This document shows positions 14,691-29,299 of a stretch of DNA of 64,000 nucleotides, in pieces. Below the pieces are notes generated by a model that saw only the letters and a list, made by a program, of their open reading frames with translations, ran no database searches and was not told where the DNA came from. How positions within the stretch are numbered: the stretch's first letter is position 1; each line of letters begins with the position of its first letter. Source of the stretch: Raillietiella orientalis (taxonomy: Eukaryota); NCBI GenBank assembly GCA_036172245.1, contig JAYWIR010000007.1:4092001-4156000 (forward strand). Direction: 5' to 3'. Both the position numbers and the translations under genes were made by a program.

Positions 14691-17600
14691 CCCCCTTTAA
14701 ACCAGGGAGGGATGGCCCTGGTTTGAAAAGGTAACACTACTTCCACCTCCTCCCTTTCTCCCTCGCCTCGCTCCGCTGCCCGAGGGCGGGGGGAAGGCAG
14801 CGACTGAGCATGGACATCCTGTGAGGTCTCTGCGCATGGACTCCTCGGAATTCGAAGACGCGGAGAACACGCGGGCACCTAGGGAAGGCAGAGCCGGGAG
14901 AGGAGGCCGGTACACCGACACACAAGTTCCTCCAGCGATCCCTGGGATCGCGAGACACGAGCTCATCCACTTCTCGGACGGAACTCACTATAACGCATCC
15001 CGGGGAAGTTGAAAAAGAGTCACTCGGATGACGTTCCTCCGAGTGCCCGCGCCCAGCGCCCGAGAGCGCAGAGACTGGGAAGACGATCACTGGCGACAGG
15101 TCCCGGGATGAAGGGAATTCATACGGGACCGCTGACGAGTTCTTCTCGGGCGAAAGACCTTCCTGGCGCCAGGATCGCCGCTGCTTCTCCCACCCTCCCG
15201 TTCCACTTGACTCGCTCGTGCTCTTCCCTCGGAGCTCCTTCGCCTCTCCATAGGGAGGGGGGAGGACAAGCCGGGAAGGCCCCGGCTCTCTGCTTCACCA
15301 GCCTGGAGGGAGTCCGGCCAATTGCTCGTTGTGAATGAACGAGGCGGAGGGACGGAGCAAACAGAGCACTCCTTCTTTTCTCCCCCTTCCTTTGCCGTGA
15401 CGGGCAGAGAGTGGAGGGGGACGGCGGCAGTCCCGGAAGGGGCAGGAAGCGGATAGGGAAAGCCCCTCCCCTATCCGCTTCCCACCGTCTAGGAAGACCG
15501 CTGACCTGGCCGGAATCCGAACCCAGGAGACGTCATGCGGACTTTCCTGCATGAGCGCAGGGGTCTGCCCCCGCTGCTATCCGAGAAGTGCAGGAACTCC
15601 AGGAGACTCGGAGGATGGCGGACGGCACTGCTGCTGCGCGTCCCGGACCGCCGCCAGGCGATCGGTCCGCTCCCGCTTCCGGCGGCGCCTGCCAGGGAGA
15701 TGTCCGAGCCCCTTCGTCCCCTTCCCTGCCCACCGGGAAGCTTCCCTCCGTCCGTCCCTCGACGTCCACGCGCAAGGGAACCCGGCAACCGCGAGCGAGC
15801 CGGACGAGACGGCCGCCGCAACTTCCACGTGGGCGGGCGGCGTGCCTCTTCCAAGGGTGCCAGAGCCCCAGAGCGCTCCCTTCCTCGTTCCGGGAGAAGG
15901 GGTCCTCGTCCTTGGCCGCTCCTTCCGCTCTTTGCCCCCCCCCCTTCTTCCTCTCGTGCGCTCACCTCGTGGCGGTAGCTGCAACGCGCTCGCGGTCAAA
16001 CACGGCGGCGGTCGACGGCGTCCACCGTGGCGCTGCCCGCGTCCATCACCAAGGGCGCAGAGCGAAGGTGGCAGACCTCGCGCCACTTTCGCTCCCCCTC
16101 GATCGGCATTCCGCGTCGGCAACCGGGACAGGTCCTCCGGTCTACTCCACGCAAGCCACAGGCGCCGTCGTCCTGCGGCTGCGGGGAGAGAAAGGACCCT
16201 TTGGGGAGGCGGCAACCGAGTCGGAGTGCCCGACGCACCCCCTTCAGCGACCGGCCTGAAGCGGGAAGGCGCTCACTTCAGGCCGGTTTCGGGGCCAGGC
16301 GCAGGGTGGTCCAGTGGGTGCCGCTGCGCGTGGGCAGGGAGGTTTCTCGTCCCGAGACCCGTCGCCCAGCGGCTGACCCCGCGCCGGCGAAGCGCGCCGA
16401 GCGAGCCAGCAGGTGCGCAGCACGCTGCTGGTGCGCTCGGCGGAGGCGGCAACAGCGGGCGCGGAGCCGCCCCCGCCTCCTTCCCTTTCGTTGGTTTCCG
16501 CGAGCGCGCACGAAACCCGCTCGTGCGTACTCTCGCTCGCGTAACCGCGCCGCGGGTTTTCCGCCCGCCTGTAGCACCGCCTCCCGCCGTCTGCGGAGTG
16601 GGCCGCCGCTGCCGCGAGCACTCGCTCACCCAGTCGGGGACGCAGGGTTCCGGGACCTGGCAACCTTCCCTTCCTCCTTTCGTCTGTCCCTTCCTGTGCC
16701 CCGAAGAGCCTCTCCCCGGCAAACGCCGTCTGGCAGGAGGGAAGGAGAGGGGGGCGGGACCTGACCTGATCGCGGTCCTTCTGCACTCGAGGGAACCCAC
16801 CCGCCTTTCCTTCCCCCCTCCACGAAGGGGAGGCGTAATCGGGGTCGACAGACACCGAAGGCCCTCAAGCGAGCCCCTCCGGCAGCTCGGGAGACATCCG
16901 GGAGGACTCCCCGCCTCCTCTCCCGGATTGGCTCCCATCGCGGGCTTTCCTGCTGGGAGCCTGCAGCCCGTGAAGCAGCGCCAAGGAGTTCGTCGTCGCC
17001 TTTCTCAAGCTCCGATCTCTTACCACGCACGCCCAGTCGTCAGGTGCTTCTTGCCCTCTCCCCTCCCCGCCGCCCACAGGCGAGCCTTTCGGCCCCTTCC
17101 CCCGTCCTCGTGCAGGTGAGAAGTCCGGCGGACTTGGCCACCCACGTCCTTCCCGCCGCTCTCCCGTGCGTGGGCCGAGGAGCAGCTCGGAACGACCGGT
17201 GAGCCTGTCCGGAGTGAGACCCTTTTCCCCCTTGTAGACTTCCCTCTGCCGGGAGTCCTGGAATGGAGGGAACAAAAGAGAGCCCTATTCTCCCGTCTCA
17301 CGGAGCTTTCCTTTATGATCTTGTTGTCTAGGAGAAGTGGAAGAATGACGCTCCAAAGGATCCCCGAAGGCGCCATCCTCCTACCCGCGGAACAGGCACG
17401 GTCCGCAGGGAAGGACGCCACCTAGGTCGAGAGTGGCTTCCTATACTCTACCGCTGCGCGGCGTCCCAGCCAGTGCGACAGAGGGTAGGAGAGATGGTTG
17501 ATGGTCTCGTCGCCGTGAAAGGAGCGATCTCAGAGCTATGTAGGAGCTCTCGACTCCTCCCTCTTTCTCTCCTCTTTCGGGAAGCATCCCGTAGGGAGCC

Positions 17601-20600
17601 GCCGCTTCTTTCTCCTCCCTCGCAATCCCTTGCGCGTAGATCTCTGTCGTCCGAGAGGTGACAACGGGCGCGTCCCAGGTTCGGAAGGGAAGAGAAGGAA
17701 GGGAAGGGTGCTTCTCCCAGGCTCCAGTTCTCCAAACGGGGGTGGCTCCTTCGACATTCCGGATTCCCCTGGGTTGTAGCAGAATTGCCTTCCCTCCTTT
17801 CCCCGAGGGTGTGTGGAGTGCCTGAGGATGCATTTCTCGTGACTCGATGTCACGCGAAGCGCATCGTGGCCTGGGTGCAGCGCCTCCTTCGTCCTTCCTC
17901 CCTTCTCGTGCTCGCGGCCCGCCCCAGTCCTCCTGTGACACCCTACCTCCTCCTCTTCCTCCTGCTCCTCCCAGCTGACTCAGGCTAATGACATGGACGA
18001 CCAGAGGCTTCCCTTCCCTCCTCCTTCAGTTCTCGCGTAGTTCAGGGAAGACCGAAGTGGCCGCATATGTGGGGGAAGGGGGAAGGGCACTCGCCAGTAG
18101 CCGCTGTCTTGTGGGCGAACGCGCCTCTGCACGAGGGGCGTTCCGATTTCGAGGCGTACAAGATACCGTGTGCAGACTGCCAAGCGGGAAAGGGGAGGGG
18201 GGGGGGATGAGAAGGGATCCACGTCCTCGTCTGTCGCCATCACTCTGGAAAGAGCGCCCGGTGAGTCCAGGACGCTCTGCGCTCTTCCCGTGAGTGTCCC
18301 GGTCTCTTCCCCTTTCCCTCTCCGACTCTGCAGAACCTGAAGGTATCCCTCGGTGCACAAGGGCCGAAGCGCTGCCCGCGCTTGCGAGAAACATGCAGGC
18401 GGGTGGGGGAGCAGGTGCCCGCCGTACGAACCGAAGAACGAAGGAAACGGCGCGAAGAACTCCTTCGAGGGCCATAGCCAGGTGCTCCCCCTTCCCGCCC
18501 TCCCAGCGACAAGGAGGTGGCGCGGGATCGGACAGGAATCGAATCCCCCTCTTCCCTCACACTGCGGGCAGTCCTGCTGGCGCGCGAAAGCAGTCAGCCG
18601 AAGTGCGGAGGAGGAAGGACGGACGGGAAGGATGGAGAAGGGAAGCACCTCTGGAGCCGTCTGGTCACCCTAGTCTCCCTGGAACCCTCCTCCCAGGAGA
18701 AACTTGGTTCCCTCCGTCCGAGGAAACAGGCTTTAGGCACCCCCACCAGCGCTCAGCTGCCAACGCGCCCTTGGAACGATCCTTGGGCGCAGGTGCCCCG
18801 GGATTTTCGCCCTTGCTGACCTGCTGGGGAGCGCTCGGATTTTCCCCTGCAATCTCGAGCGGAGGCAGCAGGGAGCGGAAGCGGGCGGGCGCCCAGTGCA
18901 CACCCCGGTGAAGGTGCCACCTTTTTCCGGTCACCAAAGGGGAGACCGGAGAATGAAGGACGAGGGGTAGGGGGCGTCGGCGAACAGTGACTGTTGGGGG
19001 CCGTCTCGAGTCGCAGGGCGCGCGCGTGCAAGCTGGGTGGGGATCACCAACCGCAACGGTTGCCGCCTCAAGCGCGAACAACGACCAGTCAGCGCCACTC
19101 ATCCCCATCCGCCCGTGGCGCTGCCTTCCTACGCGGGCGAGCCGCCACTGCCGTCGCGCGCCGCGAGCGAGCGCCGGTTCACCTAGCCGGTGTCCTAGGG
19201 CCCTAAGGGGATGCGAAGAGGACCTCAGTAGCATCCCTCCCCTGAAAGGGGCGTTGTCTCCCCTTCGCCCACCTACTCCCTTTCCGATCCGCCTTCTCGA
19301 ACTGGCCGTAGCTTCTTGGAAGAAAGAGTGGGTACTAAAAAGGGGAGGGAGGGGAGGGTCCCCAGGAAGATAGATCACGGACCCAGTCCGTGGTTCCTTC
19401 GGGAAGCCACTGGGAAGGAAGAAGCGGGCGCTTTGGATGTGCCATCTCTGCCTCCCCGACCGTTCCCGCCTCATGTCCTCCAGGAGGGTCTGCGAGAGAC
19501 TTCCCGGGAGAGAGACAGTCCACGTCCACGAGTGCGCCGACGATTCCAAATGGGGGAGGGAGACTCTCTCCCTCCCAACGCAGAGATCGTGAAGAGCTTC
19601 TCGTCCCAACCCAACGACCCTTTTTCCCAGGAAGCCACCTGTACCTTGCCTGAGGCCGGTTCCTCGCATGGTGTTTCAGAAGCGTCCTCCTCCGGAGAAG
19701 CCTCCAGCGACGGCAGCGAGGAGCACCTCTTGGGCTCCCGCTCCCTCGGAGTTCCGCCTCCCTACCCCCTGCCTTCGAGCTGGGTTATTCGACCAGTCCA
19801 CGGTTCCCCCTCCCCCCTTCCTGTAGGTCTCCGCCTCCTGCCCTGGAGACAGTTCCGACCTTCTTCCTTCCAGGGGCCATTTCCTCACCACCACCCCCTA
19901 CTCCTCTTCGGCTGTTCTGAAGTTCCAGAGAAAAAACGCGACAGTGCTTCTCGAAATATCCCTGCGGAACGGGACACAAAGAACGAATTTCGAGGAGGAG
20001 CATCGGCGCCCGGAGCGTCGCCTCGCGCGTGGACGTACATTCGCTTCCGCTCCCCCTCTTTTCCGTCCTCCTCCCCGTTGCCTAGGATGCCGAGCGGAGG
20101 AGCGGCGGAAAAACTTCCTCTATCCGGGGGAGCAAAAGAGAGGAAACTGGGGTGAGGGGCAAGGAGGAATGTCCATTCCCAGTGCGCCACGGGTCACGGC
20201 GGGAAGCCTCCTTCAAAACCTCAAAGTTCCCCCTCGTCGACCTAGGGAGCGGATGCTGCCGGAGGGCGCCGCCAAGAACCAGCCCTCGGGGAATCCGTTT
20301 CGTTGTCGCCGTCCTCGTCCTCCTCCTCCTCGTCCGTCGCTGCCTGGGGCCGTTTCCTCGGAAGGTCGCGTCGTCGCGACGAGGAGATCCCTTCCGGACG
20401 CTCGCTCCTGCAGTGGTCCAGCGGCGGAGAGAGCCGACCAGGTGCGGAAGGAGCGTCTCGTGGGAAGAGCAGTGGGAACCTTCTCGCAGCGCCGGAGCGC
20501 CTCTCCGAGGATGTCAGGAGGCGTGCGGATGAGAAGACGTGAAGATCAATCAAGCCGCTAGACGGGCGGGCGATCCTGGGGAGCGGTGCGGACGAGATGG

Positions 20601-21461
20601 GGAATCCCGGGAAACGAACGAGACGAACCTCAGCGCGCTCATCGATGCTAACGGCGGTTGATATAGGAGAGCAGAGGCTTATTAATGGAGGGACGCGGCC
20701 CGCTAGTGGGGATCCGCGCGTTCATTCATGTTTATTTTTAGATGGCGGCGGGGCGGCTCCGAAAAAGCAGAGAGAAGGAGGGGGGGGAAAAAAAGAAAAA
20801 AAAAAACAGAAAGGGAAGGGAGGGAGGTCCTCCCTGGAGAGCCAATGGGATTTCGAATCGGAGGAAACAACCACTGGCTGTTTGTGATCGGACGCCCCCT
20901 CCCCCTCCCTCCCCCCCGTTCCAGGTGGATTCGCCGCGTGCCCGGGCATGCGGGCGCGAATGGCAGCAGCGAGCAGACACGGCCAGAACTCAGCAGCCGT
21001 CGGCGGTTGTTCCCCAGCTCCTCCTCACCCTCCCCCCCCTCCCTCATCCCTTCCTGCGGTGCCGCCGACGCTCTCGCCCCGAGGAGAGAAGAGTAACCGC
21101 GGGAAACCAGAGGGCGGTGGAGGGGCGCTACGGACGACCTCCAGCTCCCTCGGGGCCCCTGCCCCATCCTTCCCTTTCTCCTAGAGGTCTCATCGGTGGC
21201 TCGCCCGCCGGAGACCACGCACTTCTTACGAGGTGGGAAATGGCTGCTTGCGGGGAACTCTCGCAGTCTGGAGGCGTTCAACGAAGCTCCCCGGCAGCCA
21301 CCGGCGCGCGCCGGCGGATGGAGCCCCATCGCCCCAATGGGAGGATCTGTCCGCTTCTCTGTTCTTCTTTCAGGTTTCTGCGGCCGGGAGGGCGAGGAAG
21401 AAGGACGGCCAGGGGGGAAAGGAACTGGCAGGCGGGGAAACCGGAGAGGGTTTTTCCTTCG

Positions 21462-21769
21462 TGACGTCAAGCTAGCACCTGACGCACGCTTCCTCGTAGG
21501 GGAAAGATCATTAGCACGCGCGTAGCATGGCCACGTGCGACAGAGCGACGTGGTTGCTGACCGCAGCGTGCCGCCCCCGCGGAGTCACGTGCGCTCTTCC
21601 CTCGGCGAATACTCGCCGGAACCCGTCCAGAGAAAAAGAGGGGGGGGGGGAGGAGAGGGGGAGGAGAGGGGGAGACGCACGCAAGCGCGGCACGAAATGG
21701 AAAGGTCTTCAGGTGCTGCGTCCTATTAAGGGAGCCGAAGATGCGAAGCGACGTCACTGGCTACGTCAC
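21462..21769. promoter_or_regulatory. Candidate CRE/E-box motif cluster
   Basis: TGACGTCA at 21462-21469, CACGTG at 21532-21537 and 21586-21591, and tandem ACGTCAC at 21751-21757 and 21763-21769. Confidence 0.25.
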
Positions 21770-24700
21770 TGAGAAGGATGCACCGCCTTCCGCGGTGGCG
21801 CGCGAACGGCCGCGTTCGCATTTCATGCTTCCTCCCCCCCCTCCCCTCCCTGCTCAATGCGCCCCACTTCCGAACGTTCTCGCGGGAGTCGGGCAGGCAA
21901 TGACGAGTTCAACTCTTCCTTCGGCAGCAGGATGTCACCACTGTCCCCAAGGGGGACTCACCGACGAAGGAGGAAGAGAGGAGAGGAGCCGTTCTCCCCG
22001 CGCGCGCGACCTTTCCCCGGTCGGAAAGCCGCCGCCCTCTTCAGCCCCGATTTTCGTGCGCTCAGGTGCGCGCGGAATCTTCCGCACGTGCGAGAGATGC
22101 GGCAGCGAAATGGCCGCTGCAGTGCGCGCAAGGTGCTGGGAGGAGGAGGGGGGGGGATTAGACTCGCCGAAATCCCTGATGCCTCGCCGCAGTCGTCCCG
22201 CTGGGCCCCGAGATTCCAGAGCCGCCGCTTTGTTCGTGGGGGGACTCCCTTAAATGGGACGTGATAGCTCATCTTCCGGCTGGGATAATCACTTCATTTT
22301 CGTTTCCCGGTTAATGACGATTCTAATCTGCGCCAGACAGCCCGTGCGCGCGGCATCAATCCCAGCTCCATCCAATTTGATGATTCTTGAGTGGAGAGAA
22401 GGAAGCGAACGCTGCTGAGAAGGCTGAAGAAAGGAAGGAAACGTTTCTGACTGATATCCGCGTTTCCACGCAGGACAGACGTCATCAGTATTCCGCGTGC
22501 AGCTGAAGTTCCTCAACGAAAGAATGGACGGTAATCAAAAGACTGGAAAATAATGGCACGGCCGCTTTCCGAATGGATCCGACGTTCCCTGAATGACCCG
22601 CAGAAGCTGATAATGTAAACACGCTCCGGGTACCACTTTTCTCCGGGAGTCTCTGCGATGGGCGGCCGCTGCGTATTGCCAGAACGCATCTCTGCCTCTT
22701 CGGCTCGGACAAGAGGCGAAAGCGCCATTCGCGAGTGCGCGCGTCACACCCGCTCTGCCGGAACGTCCAGAAAATTTTTCATCGCGCCGTCCTCTGCTCT
22801 CCCCCCCACCCCCCTCTTCCTCCCTCCTCCCCCGTGTTCCTACGCTCACGCCAGTTCTCTTCCCGGGAAACCATCGCTGCTGCACGCACTCAAAGAGACG
22901 GTTCGAGTGGAATTTTTGTCGGGGGCGTTTCGCCACCTGCTTGCGCCTGCTGATCCCCATCTAACACGCATCTATGCAAATACTCTCTCCCACGTTTTAC
23001 TGCGGGCCTGAATGGGCGCTCCTCCGTCTTTTGCTTCCTTTCCTTTCCTCGCTTCTTTCACCCCGTTTTTTCTTTTTTCTTTTTGCAAGTTCAACAGAAA
23101 AGCTAAAAGCGAGTTGGAAGGAAGTTTTCCGGAAATCATCAGCCAGTAGTCCCACGCAGAGACCACTTTTGTTTGCCGCAGCACCAGCTCCCATATACCC
23201 TACCTACCTATCTAAGTAATTACGGATCTGTATACGTGACTGCGTACCTTGGTATGGCATATGTGCAGTGTAGGCATACGCATGCAAAGACACGCGCGCG
23301 CGCCCCCATGAATATCCATCCCAGCGTCGCCCATACTTTTCCTGACAGAACACATCACAAATTCTAACCGAATACCTACGTTGGTTGTTTTATAGGGCAG
23401 GTAGATGTATTAATAATAAACAAATCAAACAAGTAAATGTGGGAGTTGGGAAAATAAAACAAGCATTCATTCTCAAATTTTAATTTTACGTAAATGTTTC
23501 CGTAATTTTTCACGGAGCACTTGTTGATTTTCCACAGTATTTGTCTTATCGCGTGGCTTTGGGGGGGGGGGGGGGGAGGCGACAGGCGTATTGCTTGAGT
23601 TCCTACAACCCTCCTCCACCCAACGCGCGCGCACTCTCCCGTGTGGGGCAGTCGTGTAAGAGCGCCCTCTACGCGAGCAGCAAGCCTATGGAAACTTGCC
23701 AGAGTGGAAATTCTAGTTCTCATCCTCGCCCCTTTTCTCTCTCTCTCTCTCTCTCTCACTCTCTCTATCTATCTATCCCTAAATCATTCAAAGTCACCCC
23801 ACTCCTTGGCGCGATGGGTGGCAACAACTTCTCACCAGATGCCAACATGGCCGCGGTTTGATTCCTATTTCCAGAGACCGAAATGCTCTGCGGACACAAC
23901 AGACCAGGAAGGGAAAAAAAAGGAAAAGGAAGAAAAAATGAAAAGAAAATACCACGTGAGAGAGAGACTAGAAAAAGTCAGCCTACTTCAATTACGTGTT
24001 CGTGTTCTTCACTGAACTGACACTTCGCCACAGGGTGGGAATTTATCTCCGGCGTCGTACGAGGGCTGCATTATGTGAAGAGCGCGGCCATCTTCCTGTG
24101 GCTACGCTAAACGAATTCACGTCGCACGAGGGACTGGGGGAGGGGCAGCGTCCGCTGCACGTCCCTTTGACGTTGCTGACACGTCCCGGAGCGCATCCCG
24201 GCGAGACGAACGCCTCGTCCGAGCGCGCGTGTCCCTCACCTCCCGCTGTCCTCCTCCCCCCGTCTGGATTTCGAGGCTGGTAGAGAGACTCCGAAGTGCT
24301 GCTCCGCGAGAGAGCCCCCCCCCCCCCCCGCCTCCACCCGGAGCGAATTTGGCGTCCTCCTCCTCCGTCCTCTTGGGCGGGAAGCCTTCTCGAAATCTCC
24401 ACGATCTGCTTCTGGGAACGGTTCGCCCAGTCTCTCGGGGAGGGAAGTCGGAATCCCGAGTAGGTCGAAAAAAACTCCGCAGACTCCGGGAGCGCACCTT
24501 TCGAGTCTCCTGTCCTCCGTCCATGCTGCCGGCTGACTCCACCCACCCCACCTCACTCCCAAATTCAGGCGTTGTTGCGTCTCCTCCTCCTCCCTCCCCC
24601 CCCCCCTCCTTCCCCTCCTACATGCTGCTCTGCTGTTCTCCCCGTTCCTCCCGCTTTGTCTCCCAGGCTGCTCCGTCCGATGGCCGCAGTTCATCCGGGT

Positions 24701-26590
24701 GGGCGTTATCATCTCCAGTTCAGGGGCTAATCGAGGGGAAGGAGGAGAGGAGGGCCGTCCCTAAGAACAGGGCAGGGTTTTTTTCCCCGCCCCGCTCTCC
24801 CCCTGCCGAGGCCTCCGCAGGGCGACGATGCCCCTGCCGCACGCTTCCCGACAGTCATCGTGGTCGGGACGGATCGGGAGCCGGCGAGGCGAGCGTTTTC
24901 CTGTTGCTGCCTCCCCCTTCCCCCCATCCCCAGCTCCCTGACCCTCGAGGCAAGGGGGGGGGACAACGTCCCCCCCCCTTGCCGCCCTTTCCCTCTCCGT
25001 TGTCTTGGCAGCAAAGCCGCTTTCCTGTCCGGAGTCTTCACGTTCTCCTCCTCCCCCCCGGGTGAGAGGGAAATGGGGCTGGGACGTGGGTAGCAATCCC
25101 CGCAATCCCGGTGCGTTTCGGTCTACAGGAAGCGAGGAGCCTCCTTCGCCTATCTGTGCCATGCGGGGAGGCTGGAAGGGCCCTGAATCGAAAGGCGGAA
25201 AGAGGAGGAGAAAGGGAGGAGGAGGGTGTCTCCGCGTCACCCTCCGCGCGCGCGCTGGTGTTGCTGGCGGCGACGAGCCGACTAGCCAGGAAGTTTCCCG
25301 AGAGAACCGCACGTGAGGGAGAAGGAAGGAGATCACAGGGATCATTGGACAGTGGCCAATCAGCAGTAGCCAGAGTCCGCGAGGTCCCGCGTCAACAGCG
25401 AGAAGAACGAGGAGCAGGAAGAGGGGTGGGGTGGAGGGGTCCTCCCGCGTCCCCAGGAGAGCGGCCCGTCGATAACCACTCTCGCTGCTGCTCTTCACCC
25501 ACTTCCCACCCCACCCCTCCCTTCCTCCTTTCCTGCCCTCTCCGGAAGGCCCGCCGTCTCTGGTAAGAGAGGCAGCGAGCGGCCCCGCTCTATCGCCTTG
25601 TTTCTCGGGAGGAGGCCGCGCGTCCCCGGGTGCCCCTGCAGGGAGTCCCACCCCACGGGGCACTTGCGTGCGGCCTCCCCGTGTGACGCTTTCCAGGGAG
25701 GCTGCAGAGGTCCCCCCCTCCTTTTCCACTCAGGACACCGTCGCTCGTAGGCACCGTCGCAAAGCCTTCGGATTCCCCGGGGGTTCCCTCTAGGGAGGAG
25801 CGACCCGGAGACGCTCCCTCGGAACAATTCCCTTCCCCAACTGGGCGGAGGTCGCTTGTCGCTCCAGCGTTCCCGTTTTTTTCCGAGGCTTCCCGGACGG
25901 ATTTCCGAAGCTTTCTGCGTTTCACCTTCTTCCCATCCGTCCTCACCGGGAACGGCGGCAGAGGAGGAGCGTGCCGTCCCGTGCAGCCGCCCCATCGCGG
26001 CGGCGGGCGTCCGAGGAAACCGCGGCGGGAAAGGAAGGGAGGTCGCGAGGAAGCGTCCTCACCCTCTCCCGCGGGCAGGGAGGGAGCGGCACGCCAGTGT
26101 CTTCTCCCTCTCCGCCTCGACGACGACTGCCCAGCGGAAAGAATATCGGGAGCAGTGTGCGGTACCTCCCTACGCCGACACGAGCCCTCCCCCTCGTATC
26201 AGCGCAGTGGCACCAGCTCCGTCGTCGGCTAGGTCCTTTGTCCTCCCTCCTGACGGACAGTCATTTAAGGCCTCTTCATCCCCGTCACGTTCAGCGAAGA
26301 GCGGCCGGGAAGATGAGATGCGGACAAAAAAAAAAAAAAAAAAACAATTTCGCAACTGTCACCGGGGAATCGATAACCCCCTCCCGCTTCCCAGTTCGGA
26401 AGAAAAAGGCCGCCGCCAACGCAGGTTCCCCCCCCCCCCCCCCCTTCCTCCTGACCGCGTGGCATTCGGGAAAAGAGGGGCGAGAGAGACGCAGCAGTTG
26501 CAGGGAAGAAGCAGCCTCTCGCAGGGCGGTGCCCGCAGGGTTCGAGTCGCTTCGGGAACTTCGGCGGACGGGTCCGGAAACGAACGGAGA

Positions 26591-26623
26591 GAGGAGGAGG
26601 AGGAGGAGGAGGAGGAGGAGGAG
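26591..26623. repeat. (GAG)11 microsatellite
   Basis: Directly visible trinucleotide run. Confidence 0.95.
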
Positions 26624-26856
26624 GCGCGCTCCGTACATCTCTCCCGCCGATCCGGTACTCTCGGAAGGAACGCCAGGTCCGCCGCCGGCGATCGGCGAAG
26701 GAGATCGCGGCGGCGGCGGTGCAAAACGGGTCGCGGAAAAACCCAGGGGTCGCCGCGGCATAGAACGAGCGAGAGGAACCTTCGCGCACGCGCGCGCGGC
26801 CTCTGCTGCTGCCTGCAGCCGACGGCGCCCTCGCGCGCCAGGTGGGTGTGCCCGAG

Positions 26857-26857
<1 letters not shown>

Positions 26858-26887
<30 letters not shown>
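26858..26887. repeat. (TG)15 microsatellite
   Basis: Directly visible dinucleotide run. Confidence 0.95.
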
Positions 26888-26891
<4 letters not shown>

Positions 26892-29299
26892 TGGAATGCT
26901 TGGAATCGAAAGAAGCGACCGAACGCTCGTTCGATACCGCCGGGAACCTGATTTCCACTCCGCCCTTTTACCCCTACTTCTTGAATTCAAATACCTCCAG
27001 CACTCGATGCCGAACGAATAACGCCGCCAGATTTAACAGATGATGAGAACAGGGGGGGAGGGGAGGCAGGGGGGTTCTTCTGGAACGCAACGCATTTCGT
27101 GCCCATACGATGCACGTGCTTATGCAAGCACGTTTGGTTTATATGCATGCATGTATACGTAAATGCAGGGAGATGTGCACGGTTCCTCTGGACCTCTCCG
27201 TGCGATCACGTACTTCAACACGGAGAGTGGCTAAATTAGTCGTCGCCTCCCCTCTCCCCCTCCCTTCCTCGCCCGTGCACTCTGTGCAGCCTGCGCATTG
27301 ATGGTAGCCCGGTTGAAATGACCCGATGTTGACCTCCTCCTCACGTTCGAGTTAAGCCGCTGCTCTTTAGGGCAGTTTACTTCGGCTGGTTGACGCGGCA
27401 TTGCCGCTCTTGCGCCGACAGCAATGGCGGTGGTGGTACAACCGGATTAACCCCTCTGGATGAAAACTCCTTGAGAAGGAAAAAAAAACCGGGGGAGGGG
27501 AGGGGGGGGGACTGCTGCATGTTGTTGTTGTTGTTGTGCCTCGTACCTGCTTTTCATTTCCCGAAAGCGGAATACTGTGGGGTGTTTCCTGCGCCCTGTA
27601 CGGATCCCTCATCTATTGAGGGAGCGGACCACACAACGTGCCTGCGGAAAAACACGTTGCCTTCCGACGGAAACGGAAAACCTCCCATTCGGACGTACAC
27701 CCAGCGTGGCGGAAACGAACAGCTGTCCCGTGAACAAGGAAGTGGAATGGAGGGACGAACTTCCAGGAAGGGCAAATCAGTAGAAAATCACAAGGACGAA
27801 ACGGGAAAACCAAGTCTGAAGACCGTGTCGGATTTGTAGGTGCGGTGTGAGGGGGGGTCCGCTGCCATGCTGGCAGAAACGACCGAATCATTGAGAAAGC
27901 GTTGCATATGTACTTTTTGGGGGGGCACAAATTGAGAGCAATTCTTATGCAATGATTGTAAAGAAGAATGATCGGGAGACTGCATATAATTCTGACAGGC
28001 AAAAATTTATAGAAGAGAATGAATCCTCGCAGACCACAGTGCACTCTTTCATTCCCAGAGAGATTCCCGTTCGGAAAATTCTACCAATGGAATACAAAAA
28101 CACGTGTGTTAAAATGGCACCTCGGGTCGTTTCACGAGTCAGAAGGAGCTTTATCCTGGATTCCGGAATATTCCTTCTATCATAGTCGCGTCAAGTCGGA
28201 TGAAGCAGCTTTCAGGAAGGAAAAGCAATAAACACCCACTGCAGTTCGATTTTCGACAGGTGCCCAGAAAATGAACAGAAACAAACGGACTTTATGACCG
28301 CACGTTCCTTGGAAGTCCCGCACACTAATCAACTGGACACTCCAGCAAACTTGATGCCTTCAGTTACTTTTGCCAAAACGATATTCTAAAATGCTCCAAT
28401 CTCTTTAAATCAAGCCGAATTGCTAAGCAGGACTTAAAATTCACGTGTTCTCCGGTCTTCCTTTGTGTTTTCCCTATACTACACGACTGTGTCTCGTGAT
28501 TTAAGGACAGAATCAACAGCAACGATTCTCAGAAACGCAAAGGATTTGTGTTCTTTCAGGAGAATCCAAACCACAGGATGCGATTTTTTTTTTTTTTTTT
28601 CTTTTCTTTTCTTACAGCCCTGAATCATACTTTGCAAAGTGCACTGCCAACATCATCTTTTTATCAGATTAAGCAAGAACATCAAAAAACTGTGGTGATC
28701 AAGAGCAGCCGAACAAATAAAGGAGTGAGGAAGATTGTGTGCAAAGGAGTCTCAATTCAGCCCCCCCGTTGGCAATTTCACGAAACACTAAATCATCATC
28801 AAGATAATCTCCCGAGTTGCGAACATCTGAGATTGAGAATGCTGACGAAACTGGCCAGCGAGATTTCCGGTTTCTTTCGATCCGAGTCCTTCCTTTTCCA
28901 TTAGGGGTCTTCCACAAATATGCGATAAATGCCATGCCGATCGCGTGCGGGAAGCATGAAGGATCTCCATCCACCCTTCGACTCGTAGTTTCCGTCCGCA
29001 CACAGATTTTATTAAGGAAAAAATACCCATCAAGAGCAATAAAAAAAAAAAAAAAAAAAAAAAAGAACGACTTCTGAAAACGGAATTTAGGGTGAAAGTG
29101 CTGCTCCGGCTGCACTTTTTTTTTCTCGCAAGGTTTGCACCCTCGGGCGAACTCGCAGCGTCGCTTCTTTCCGTTTCCCAGGGAATCGCCGGGTCGGATC
29201 GTCCCTTTATAAACGCATCCTCCCCCCCCCCCCCCCCCCCAATCCTCCTCTGCAACTCTTATGAGAGGGCATCCATCCTGACGCTAATTCACGGATGCT

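Noticed and set aside
14821..15012. HELIH (HExxH) metalloprotease-like motif
   Set aside because: It is an isolated 5-mer in a 63-aa ORF with no protease context or supporting splice sites.
1..27500. Many long overlapping ORFs (e.g. 2745-3950, 15551-17119, 25856-27043)
   Set aside because: They are R/P/G/S-rich, open in several frames on both strands and run through homopolymers and microsatellites, as expected from stop-codon scarcity in GC-rich DNA. No domain was recognised.
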